From: an uncultured virus (IMG/VR IMGVR_UViG_3300005458_000016)
Lineage: Duplodnaviria > Heunggongvirae > Uroviricota > Caudoviricetes
Length of the DNA: 64,000 nucleotides
Strand: one strand, 5' to 3'
Virus record (IMG/VR): IMGVR_UViG_3300005458_000016
The translations under genes and the position numbers were made by a program. Under the pieces are notes generated by a model. The model saw only the letters and a program-made list of their open reading frames with translations, was not told the origin of the DNA and searched no databases. Numbering within the stretch: the first letter of the stretch is position 1; each line of letters begins with the position of its first letter. Shown piece after piece: positions 42,898 through 51,557 of the stretch.

Positions 42898-45855
42898 ATG
42901 GTGGCTATTGCGCTCGTCGGGGCCGTAGGAAACGCTACCCGGGTTACTGCTGGCACTACCATTACCAGCACGTACGGTCAGACTCCGACTGCCAGAAACC
43001 TGCTGGTCGCGGTTGTCTCCCGAGTCGGAAGTACGGCTACTGCAAGCCCGACAAGCACTGTTTCGGCTGGGTGGACGCGACTGCTCCCAACCAACTTCGT
43101 TACCAATATCGGAGTCGGCAGCGCTACGGCTTGCACCAACCTTGTTGACATCTGGTACAAGGTAGCCACCGGTACTGAGTCTAACGGCGACACGACGTTC
43201 ACGATGACGAACGCGGGCGGTACTACGACGTTCGCGATGACTTGCACTATTTACGAGCTGTCCGGTGCAAGAGGACTGAATCCGCTTGATGTTTCAGGTA
43301 CTCAATCTAGCGGTGCCAGCACTGCCACAATCACGACCACTACGACCACCACGAGTGCTAATGTCAGCAGTGCTGGTCATTTTGCCATATCAGTTGCCTG
43401 CCGCGAACGTACTGCTGGTACCACGACAGTAACTTACAGTGCTTCGTGGACGAATGGCGCAAATGATGGGGCGACTAGCAGCGTCGCTCACACTGGAACC
43501 GCTTACCTTGCAAACGTTACCAGTGGTGCGACTGCAAGTGACGTAACAACCTGGAGCGGTACTGGCACGCTTGCCTTCGGGGCGGGTGCAATCGTCGTCG
43601 TTGCCGCTGCCCAGTCCGGACCGACGCTGAACTCCGCATGGTCCCATCCGGTCGGAAACATCTCCGTCCCGGTCCGTGTCGGGCTGGGAATGGCGACATT
43701 CATTCCCAGCGCCACTGTCGCCCCTCCTCCGACCCCCACAGTCGGACCCCCGTTCTACCCGTTCCGCTGGGCTGTCCGGGCAAAAATCACCCTGTTCCAG
43801 TCACAGTCCGGGGGGGTTTTCGCTGAGCTGCCGGTAGGGACAGGGAACATTTCCGGTCCCGTATCAGGGGGTCGCCCTGGTGGGGGAATGGGATGCGGCG
43901 GTGCTCCCGTACGCAATCCCACTCCGGGTCCTGTCTTTATCCAGCGGAAAACCCCGGTACGGTTCATCATCCCGAACTGGCAGCCTAGAGCTGGTCGTAT
44001 CGGGAGCAGCTTCGGTGCCCCGGTAATCAACCCGCATCGCGGACCTCCTGTATACCCACTAGAAGGTCCCGTACGCGGGAGGCTGCCCCAGCTGGCACCC
44101 CGCGCTGGTCGCATAGGGTCGAACCCTGGCGCTCCAGTCAGGAACCCTTCACGCGGTCCTGTATTTTATCCGCAGAAATACCCGATTGCGGCTGCTGATC
44201 CTCTCCCTCGCAAGGGACGAGTCGCGTCCAATCCGGGTACTTCCGTAACCGTCACTCCTCCTGCGGTTGGTCCTCGGATTTACCCCCTTGAAGGACCAGT
44301 TCGTAGCAGAATCCCGCAGACTTTCTCCAAAGGACGCATAGGGTCTAATTCTGGCGCTCCCGTACAGAATCCCTCGACTGGTCCCCAGTTCCGTCAGGTA
44401 ACTGACCCGGTTCGCAGTGAGATTCCCCAGACGTTCTCAAAGGGGAGAATCAGCTCCAACCCCGGAGCGCCGGTACGCAATCCATCTACAGGTCCGCAGT
44501 TCCGGCAGCTTCCCCGTCCTGTCCGTGCCCCGATTCCGCAGACATTCTCCAAAGGCAGGGTAAACTCCAGCCAGGGGACTATCAAGACTACCGGTCCGGT
44601 ATTCTATCCCGCAGTCCAGGCGCTGCACGCTAAGCTGCCATTGCAGCCTTTGCTTCGCGGCAGGACATATTCTAACGACGGGGCTCCCGTACAGAACCCG
44701 AGCACGGGTCCTGTATTCCGCCAGAAGACTTTCCCTGTCCAGGCGACTGATTCGCTGCCACGCAGGGGACGCACTTACAGCAACCCCGGTGGTCCAGTTC
44801 AGAACCCGCCTCCGGTTGTCGTAGGACCAGTTTTCTACCCGAAGAATTACCCTGCGAGAATCCGCCCGAGTCTTCCCATTCGAGGCAGAACATACGGGAA
44901 CGCGGGCGCTCCGGTACGCAACCCGAGTGCTGGTCCGGTATTCCGGCAGAAGACATTCCCGGTACAGTCTGCTGATCCGCTCCCGCGTAAAGGTCGGGTT
45001 TACTCCAACCCGGGCGGTCCCGTCCAGAATCCGCCCCCGGTTGTCATCGGTCCGGTATTCTATCCGAGACACGACCCTGCGCGTATCCGTATCACGCAGC
45101 CTCCACGCGGACGTGTCGCAGGTAACAGCGGAGCCCCGGTCAGGAACCCTTCCACGGGTCCGCAGTTCCGCCAGGCAACGGATCCGATCCGGTCGCAGAT
45201 ACTGCAAACCTGGAGCAAGGGTCGTACCTACGGTAATCCTGGTGCCCCGGTAAACAACCCGCCAAGCCAGGGTCCCCGTTTCGTCCCGCTGAACCACCCG
45301 GTACAGGCAAGAATCCCGCTGCCCATGCGGGGTCGGGTCTACTCCGATAACGGGGCACCTCTGGTCACCTCCGGACCAGTGTTCCGCCAGGTAAATGAGC
45401 CAATCCGGGCTCGCCAGCCGCTCCCCGTACGAGGAAGGGTTTACCGTAACCCGGGAACCCCGGTTGCCGTCACCCCGACGCCTGTAAGGTTTATTCCCAG
45501 GAATGCGCCTGCGAGAATACGCCCCTCCCTTCCGGTCAGGGGACGGACGTACTTCAATAAGGGTGCCCCGGTTCACAACCCCACCAGGGGTCCGAGGTTC
45601 GTCCAGGCGGTTCATCCCATCCGGGGGATCATCCCGAAGAATGCGCCACGCGGGCGTACCTACGGGAATCCTGGCGGTCCCGTCGAGAATATCCCGGTAC
45701 GGCAGGGAACGTTCACCACGGGGGACGTATTCACTAACTGGCTGGCGGGGAATCCGTTCGTCAACTGGTCAACCGGGGATGTTTTTGTTCTCTGGGAGAC
45801 TGGCGCTCCGTTTACCGACTGGTCAACAGGAGACGTGTTTATCACAGAAGGATAA
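42898..45855 (+). CDS. 985-aa protein: Thr-rich head domain + ~17 Pro/Arg-rich 34-39-aa repeats + five 9-aa C-terminal repeats
   Basis: Repeat unit GPxFxx..PVR..P....GRxxSNPGAPVxNP. Confidence 0.8.
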   Translation: MVAIALVGAVGNATRVTAGTTITSTYGQTPTARNLLVAVVSRVGSTATASPTSTVSAGWTRLLPTNFVTNIGVGSATACTNLVDIWYKVATGTESNGDTTFTMTNAGGTTTFAMTCTIYELSGARGLNPLDVSGTQSSGASTATITTTTTTTSANVSSAGHFAISVACRERTAGTTTVTYSASWTNGANDGATSSVAHTGTAYLANVTSGATASDVTTWSGTGTLAFGAGAIVVVAAAQSGPTLNSAWSHPVGNISVPVRVGLGMATFIPSATVAPPPTPTVGPPFYPFRWAVRAKITLFQSQSGGVFAELPVGTGNISGPVSGGRPGGGMGCGGAPVRNPTPGPVFIQRKTPVRFIIPNWQPRAGRIGSSFGAPVINPHRGPPVYPLEGPVRGRLPQLAPRAGRIGSNPGAPVRNPSRGPVFYPQKYPIAAADPLPRKGRVASNPGTSVTVTPPAVGPRIYPLEGPVRSRIPQTFSKGRIGSNSGAPVQNPSTGPQFRQVTDPVRSEIPQTFSKGRISSNPGAPVRNPSTGPQFRQLPRPVRAPIPQTFSKGRVNSSQGTIKTTGPVFYPAVQALHAKLPLQPLLRGRTYSNDGAPVQNPSTGPVFRQKTFPVQATDSLPRRGRTYSNPGGPVQNPPPVVVGPVFYPKNYPARIRPSLPIRGRTYGNAGAPVRNPSAGPVFRQKTFPVQSADPLPRKGRVYSNPGGPVQNPPPVVIGPVFYPRHDPARIRITQPPRGRVAGNSGAPVRNPSTGPQFRQATDPIRSQILQTWSKGRTYGNPGAPVNNPPSQGPRFVPLNHPVQARIPLPMRGRVYSDNGAPLVTSGPVFRQVNEPIRARQPLPVRGRVYRNPGTPVAVTPTPVRFIPRNAPARIRPSLPVRGRTYFNKGAPVHNPTRGPRFVQAVHPIRGIIPKNAPRGRTYGNPGGPVENIPVRQGTFTTGDVFTNWLAGNPFVNWSTGDVFVLWETGAPFTDWSTGDVFITEG

Positions 45856-45887
45856 CGCGGGCATCCAAATCAATATAAAGGCGGAAT

Positions 45888-46229
45888 GTGGCTAACAATA
45901 GCGTGATTTCCATATCCCACCTGTCGTTGCAGTATGTTGGCGTGCCGGTGAAACCCCTGCTGCTGAACGGGGAACCTTTCAATCCGACTTCCGATCCGGT
46001 GGCGATGGCATTCATGCCGACCGCTTACCAAGTTCCGGGACCTTCCGACTGGAATACCGCAATCTGGGCGGTCAGGAGCAGTAATGTCATCGAGCCGTAT
46101 GCCGCTGCCTGCCTGGTCGGTCCTGGCGGAACCATTCAGCTGGGAATCGGAACGTATATCATTTACCTTAAGATCACGGACAATCCAGAGATCCCCGTGC
46201 AGACAGCAGGACAGCTCCAGATTTCGTAA
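45888..46229 (+). CDS. Small BppU-like beta-sandwich virion protein
   Basis: CLVGPGG...GTYIIYLKITDNPEIPV. Confidence 0.55.
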   Translation: MANNSVISISHLSLQYVGVPVKPLLLNGEPFNPTSDPVAMAFMPTAYQVPGPSDWNTAIWAVRSSNVIEPYAAACLVGPGGTIQLGIGTYIIYLKITDNPEIPVQTAGQLQIS

Positions 46230-46240
46230 GCGAGGCTACC

Positions 46241-49200
46241 ATCGCAAGAACCGGCGCTATCGTTAATGCGCTCAAGTCAATCCCCGGGGGTGCGCGCCCC
46301 ACGTATGCTCCTCAGTCGAGCGGCATGGGTCGCATTTCCCCTGTCCAGGCGAACGCCATGTACGCGAATCCGTACCAGGATTCCTATGGTCCGTTCCTGC
46401 CTCGCCCGAGCAGCGTGTTCACCGATGGCGCTTTCGCCCCGATGTCCCCGATCCAGCCTGTTCCGCTGGACACTCCTCCCCCTGGCGGGCTTTTCGCGGA
46501 CCCCAGATGGTGGCAGTACCCCGTTGGGTGGAACCTTCCCACCCAGCCGGGATCTGAAGGGCTGAAACTATGCTCATTTGAGCAGCTGAAAACCCTTTCT
46601 GAGCGTTATTCTGTCGCACGGCAGTGCATTGAGCTGCGGAAAGACGAAATCCTGGGGCTGAACTGGGAAATCACGATGACCACGGACGCCGCGAAGGCTT
46701 ACCAGGGTGATCGTAAGGCTATGCGGGACTTCGGGGAGCGGAAAGCAGAGGTTACCAGGTTTTTCAAGCGCCCGGACCCTGATTACTGGTCATTTTCCTC
46801 GTTCCTGGACGCGCTGCTTGAGGAAATCTTCGTTTATGACGCGCTCGCGGTCATTTACCGCCCGAAATACGGAGCTTCCATCGGAATGGGAGGGAGAGGG
46901 CTCCTCGGGAGTGACCTGGACTCCCTGAATCTCGTCTCCGGACCGACAATCCGACCCCTTCTCGACCTGCATGGCGGGAGACCCCGCCCTCCAGCCCCCG
47001 CGTACCAGCAATATCTCTACGGGGTTCCCCGTAGTGACTATATGACGATGGCTACTGGCAGGGATATCGATGACGCGGGGCTTGCCGGGGCTGAAGTCAA
47101 CGAATTCTCCTCCGATATCATGCTGTACGCGCCCCTGGTGAGCAGAAGGGAGACTCCGTACGGATTCCCGTTCATCGAGAGGGCGCTCCTCCCGATTATC
47201 TCCGGGTTGCAGAAGCAGGAATTCCAGCTTAACTACTTCACTGAAGGCACAGTTCCAGCGGTTTACATTTCGCCTGGCGATACGAACATCACTCCCACGC
47301 AGATCGGGGAGCTTCAGAACGCGCTGAACGCTATCGCAGGAGACCCCGCGTATCACCTGAAAGTAGTCGTTCTCCCTCCAGGGAGCAAGGTTGAGCCGCA
47401 GCGCCCCGTTGACCTTTCTGACAGCTTTGACTTCCTGGTCATGAACCAGGTATGCATGGCAGCGGATGTGCAGCCTGAGGAGCTGGGGATCATCCCGAAC
47501 GTCGGGGCAACCCCAACGGGACCTTCTGCTTCCGGTATCAGGATGGCAGGACAGGAATCACGGAGTATCCAGTCCCGGAAATCCGCGAAGCCTCTCCTCA
47601 AGTTCATCTGCAATATTTTCAATTACGCTATTCAGGACATCTGCCAGCAGCATGACATGCAGTTCCAGTTCGAGGGGCTTGTCAACGACGAAGACAAGCA
47701 GGCTATCACTGAACTAGGCGTACAGCAGGTCCAGAATGGCATCGCGAGCATTGATGAGGTCCGCGAGCGTCTCGATCTTCCCCCGTGGGGACTTGACGAA
47801 ACCGGGGAGCCTGTTGTCTTTACCGCGCAGGGTCCCGTGCCTTTCAAGATGGCAGCCGAACTGATCATGATGGCAGCACAGGGCGGTGCTGCTGGCGGTC
47901 AGGGTACTAACGGCGGTCAGAAAGCAGTCAAGAAGAAGCCAAAGCCGCGTAAAGGCGGGGGAACCAAGCCGAATGGCAGCCACCCAGCCCCGTTGTCTCC
48001 TCATCGCGAAGGCGTCGGCACTCCGCAGCACCAGGCTGCCCAGGGTGCCGTCCAGTCTCCCACTCCAAGGACAGGCGGGACCACTAACAGGACAAGCACG
48101 GCAGGGAGCCGCAAGAAAGCTGCTGCCAGCGAGCTGGAATCCCTGAAACGACACCTCCGCAAGGGCAGGGAGATTACTTCCTGGGAGCCAGTGCATATCA
48201 CGAACCGCATTCTCGGGATGATCGCGGAGGATATCGCGAAAGGCGTCATGCTGGACACCGCGATAGACCGCGCTCTCGACATGACCGAGAAGTTTGCTCC
48301 CGAAATCCCTATCGCTCCTGTTCCTGTTGACGAGAACACGGTAAATGCTCTCGACCCTACCTGGTGGAAGTACCCGGTGGGATGGAACCTGGAGAAGTCT
48401 GATGCCCCCTTTCCAGGATGGGAGCATGACCTAGGTCTCATCGGGAGATACAAGCAGGAGATCGCCCAGGGTTTCGCGAAAGCAGAAGAGGCGGGTTCAG
48501 AAATCCGCCAGCAGGTCGCGGTGGGGAAGCTAATGATCCCCAACCGGGTGATGTACGACCTGATCTCGGAGAAAGTCCGGGAGGTTCTCACTGAGGTGAT
48601 GACCCCGCTCTGGGAGAAAGCATGGAATCTCGGATACAGCTCCGCGAATCAGCTTCTAGGGAAAGACGCGGGAATCCTGGGGACTACTGATAATCTCCAG
48701 GCGTTCCTCGACACCGAGGGTGCTCACTGGCTGGACCAGGTTGCCCGCACAGGACTGAAAAACGCGAACTCCCGCAGTGAGGTCATCGCGAGGACCGAGA
48801 TTGCCCGCGCCCTGAACGCAGGGGTTATCCAGTGCTACCGCGATAATGGGGTAACGCACAAGCACCTGGGGATTGCCCCTGATGACGCCTGCAAGATCTG
48901 CAGGAAGGTAGCGAACGAGGGACCGATCCCCCTGGACGCCCCGTTTTCCAGCGGGGGTCTAGGGGGTCCCTGTCACGTACAGTGCAGGTGCGTCCCGCTC
49001 CCCGCTGGGATGAATATCGTCCCTCCTCAGTCTCACCTGGGAAAGTCGGACTCTAACGTAGAAGACAGTACCCGTACCGCGTGGCTGCTCATCCGGGCAA
49101 AGGATGAGAAGGGAAAATGGCGGTATCTTCTCCAGCAGCGTCCTGATGGTTCCTGGGGAATGCCCGGGGGCACCACTCATATTGACGAACCCGGGTGGAG

Positions 49201-50569
49201 TGCTGCTTACCGGGAGACGGAAGAGGAAATCGGGGCTCTCCCCGCGCTCACTGTGATCCGTGATTTCACCCACCAGGACCCGGACGGAAAGACTGCATAC
49301 CTGTACTTGTGCGAGACGAACATGTTCAAGCCGCTGATGAACGGGAGCACCCCGGAGGAAACTCTTTCCACCGCGTGGTTCCGCAGGGGCGAGATCGAAG
49401 ATCTTGATCTTGTCGGGAAGTTCCGCGACGACTGGGTGAAAGAAATCCACCTGCGTGACCAGCTAGGGGACATGAAATCTCCGCAGAATCTCGTCAACGA
49501 AAACGGCGAATGGATGGTCCTAGACGACCCTGACAGGCACGGAGCCGGGATGGGTTCGCGCTGGGTATATCCTCACCACGCTAACGGTGAGGAGTTCGGG
49601 GATGCGGGTCCTGGCGGCTATCCAGGGGCAACCCCGGGAGGTAATCCTCCTCATTTCGAGGCGAACAGGATGGACGCTCCCCCGCAGACCAGGGTGTATC
49701 CGCGTGGTCACGAGGACGAGTTCCCGGAGGAACGGGAAAAGCCCCCCGCGAGGAGACGTAAGACTCCTGCTGGCGGTTTCCCGGTGGTGGAAGATCCAGA
49801 GGAGCAGGAAGTTAACTCCACCGGGATTCAGAATATATCTGCGAACACAGGAGTTCCCCCGAGCGGGAAAGGCGTACATCCTGTAGTAGGGTCAGTTCCC
49901 GCGAGAACCCCGCGTCCCATGTCTCCGCATTCAGAGCCTCCTGAGGTGTTCAACCCTGCGGATACTGTTGAGCAGTGGGACCCTGACAGGGAAAGCGATG
50001 TTGTTCACGATCTTTCGGGCGTGAAACTGTCCGCGAAGCAGATCGAGCAGCTGACCAGGAAAATCCAGGAAAATCTCCTCAAGCAGGCTCGCCGCAACAA
50101 CAGGACAATGCTTACCCTCCCAAAAGGGGCGGCTGACATAGGCGATCCTAACCCGGTTGAGTGGCGTCATGTATACGCCCAGCTAGAAGGGAATTTCCCC
50201 GATAAAGCTCTCGAATGGGTGAAGCACAGCACCTGGATCGGTCCAGTCAACGTCCCCTGGGAGAGAGTGGATGATGACGATATTGATTCCTGGGCGGCAT
50301 CACATCAGCCTGAGGCTGTTGCCAGGTTCGCGAAAGAGATCGCTAAAGGCGGGGCACACACTGATCCGTCCATTCTAGTCCAGCGAGCCGATCATCCTGA
50401 CGGTCGTGCGATCGTGATTGACGGACATCACAGGGCAATGGCACGGCATTTCAAGCTGAACAAGCCGGTACTTGCGTATGTTGGCACCGTGCCCGAACGA
50501 TGGATGCAGCAGGCACTTGAGACGCATTCATCTCAGATACACCAGGGCAGTGATCCCGGGAATCGCTAA
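46241..50569 (+). CDS. Portal protein fused to MuF (gpF-like) head-morphogenesis, Nudix hydrolase and ParB-N-like domains
   Basis: Portal motifs (YGFPFIE, YFTEGTVP, SIDEVRERLDLPP); MuF ARTE...CKIC...HVQCRC; Nudix box GG..HIDE......YRETEEEIG; IDGHHR; start is ATC 46241 or ATG 46325. Confidence 0.88.
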   Translation: MARTGAIVNALKSIPGGARPTYAPQSSGMGRISPVQANAMYANPYQDSYGPFLPRPSSVFTDGAFAPMSPIQPVPLDTPPPGGLFADPRWWQYPVGWNLPTQPGSEGLKLCSFEQLKTLSERYSVARQCIELRKDEILGLNWEITMTTDAAKAYQGDRKAMRDFGERKAEVTRFFKRPDPDYWSFSSFLDALLEEIFVYDALAVIYRPKYGASIGMGGRGLLGSDLDSLNLVSGPTIRPLLDLHGGRPRPPAPAYQQYLYGVPRSDYMTMATGRDIDDAGLAGAEVNEFSSDIMLYAPLVSRRETPYGFPFIERALLPIISGLQKQEFQLNYFTEGTVPAVYISPGDTNITPTQIGELQNALNAIAGDPAYHLKVVVLPPGSKVEPQRPVDLSDSFDFLVMNQVCMAADVQPEELGIIPNVGATPTGPSASGIRMAGQESRSIQSRKSAKPLLKFICNIFNYAIQDICQQHDMQFQFEGLVNDEDKQAITELGVQQVQNGIASIDEVRERLDLPPWGLDETGEPVVFTAQGPVPFKMAAELIMMAAQGGAAGGQGTNGGQKAVKKKPKPRKGGGTKPNGSHPAPLSPHREGVGTPQHQAAQGAVQSPTPRTGGTTNRTSTAGSRKKAAASELESLKRHLRKGREITSWEPVHITNRILGMIAEDIAKGVMLDTAIDRALDMTEKFAPEIPIAPVPVDENTVNALDPTWWKYPVGWNLEKSDAPFPGWEHDLGLIGRYKQEIAQGFAKAEEAGSEIRQQVAVGKLMIPNRVMYDLISEKVREVLTEVMTPLWEKAWNLGYSSANQLLGKDAGILGTTDNLQAFLDTEGAHWLDQVARTGLKNANSRSEVIARTEIARALNAGVIQCYRDNGVTHKHLGIAPDDACKICRKVANEGPIPLDAPFSSGGLGGPCHVQCRCVPLPAGMNIVPPQSHLGKSDSNVEDSTRTAWLLIRAKDEKGKWRYLLQQRPDGSWGMPGGTTHIDEPGWSAAYRETEEEIGALPALTVIRDFTHQDPDGKTAYLYLCETNMFKPLMNGSTPEETLSTAWFRRGEIEDLDLVGKFRDDWVKEIHLRDQLGDMKSPQNLVNENGEWMVLDDPDRHGAGMGSRWVYPHHANGEEFGDAGPGGYPGATPGGNPPHFEANRMDAPPQTRVYPRGHEDEFPEEREKPPARRRKTPAGGFPVVEDPEEQEVNSTGIQNISANTGVPPSGKGVHPVVGSVPARTPRPMSPHSEPPEVFNPADTVEQWDPDRESDVVHDLSGVKLSAKQIEQLTRKIQENLLKQARRNNRTMLTLPKGAADIGDPNPVEWRHVYAQLEGNFPDKALEWVKHSTWIGPVNVPWERVDDDDIDSWAASHQPEAVARFAKEIAKGGAHTDPSILVQRADHPDGRAIVIDGHHRAMARHFKLNKPVLAYVGTVPERWMQQALETHSSQIHQGSDPGNR

Positions 50570-50572
50570 ACT

Positions 50573-50803
50573 GTGAAAATGCCTTTCCTGGCTTGGCGTC
50601 CCAACTATGAAGCACTTCCCGACCCTCCCGAGGAGATTCCCGTGGCTGTCAAAACTCTGAGCGTCGCTGCTGCTATCACCCAGAATCCTGCTGGTGCCCC
50701 CAGTCCGCAGGCAATCATGGCAGCGGTAACCCAGGCGCTGTCTGACCCGGTGTTCGCGACTGCTTCCCCGTGGACTGCGGTTGTCACTATCACGACAAGC
50801 TAG
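50573..50803 (+). CDS. Small hypothetical protein
   Basis: ORF in the structural operon. Confidence 0.45.
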   Translation: MKMPFLAWRPNYEALPDPPEEIPVAVKTLSVAAAITQNPAGAPSPQAIMAAVTQALSDPVFATASPWTAVVTITTS

Positions 50804-50808
50804 CATAG

Positions 50809-51282
50809 GTGAGTGTGGAGAAAGTCAGCAAGGAAAGCGTCAACTACCGCTCTGCTGATTCTTCAAAACACTGCGGAAACTGCGTCATGTTTCACCCGAA
50901 ATCTCACCGGATGAACAGCGGAGGATGCGATCTCGTTGAAGGTAACATTTTTGCTAACGATGTCTGTAATCGCTGGGAAGCGGTAACGGAAAAGTCAGAG
51001 CAGACTCCTGCCCTGTCCAGTACCCATAATCCCCTGGGAACTCACGGGCTGTGGAATACCCCGGACAGGCATACTGCAGAACGACAGCAGCTTCCAGCGT
51101 ACATACAGAATATCGCTCATGCCCTGATCCGCAACGGAATGGAAGAGGGTCAGGCTATAGCAACAGCTATCAATGCGACCCGCAGATGGGCATCGGGAAA
51201 AGGTAACGTACACCCCGAGGTGATTGAAGCCTCCAGGAATGCCCTTGCTGAATGGGAGAAGCTGAAAGAAACACATGAGTAA
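50809..51282 (+). CDS. Two-domain head-associated protein with HiPIP-like Cys motif
   Basis: NYR...CGNCVMF...C..VEG.I.....C..W followed by an LPAYIQNIAHAL domain. Confidence 0.6.
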   Translation: MSVEKVSKESVNYRSADSSKHCGNCVMFHPKSHRMNSGGCDLVEGNIFANDVCNRWEAVTEKSEQTPALSSTHNPLGTHGLWNTPDRHTAERQQLPAYIQNIAHALIRNGMEEGQAIATAINATRRWASGKGNVHPEVIEASRNALAEWEKLKETHE

Positions 51283-51436
51283 GAGAAAGAAAAGAAAACA
51301 GGCACTGCTGCTGCATGACCTTGCCTGCGCCATGCAAGCCTGCGAGCGCGCTGGACTTGACCCAAAATTCCATCACGGGATTATCGTCACCTCTATCGGG
51401 TTTATCCTCCCGGTGAAAGACAGGTGGCAAGTGCGC

Positions 51437-51465
51437 TTGCTAAGGCATTTTAAATAGTATATAAT
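51437..51465 (+). promoter_or_regulatory. Consensus sigma-A-like promoter for the scaffold/capsid operon
   Basis: TTGCTA-17 nt-TATAAT. Confidence 0.75.
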
Positions 51466-51512
51466 CCCAGCAGGGGTCCTTTGTGTTATCCCAGCTGAGA
51501 ACCATAACCTCT

Positions 51513-51537
51513 GCCCGTCCTTGTACGGGCTTTTTTT
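51513..51537 (+). terminator. Intrinsic terminator/attenuator in the leader of the protease gene
   Basis: GCCCGT-CCTTGT-ACGGGC-TTTTTTT. Confidence 0.65.
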
Positions 51538-51557
51538 ATGCCTGAACAAGGAGATGT

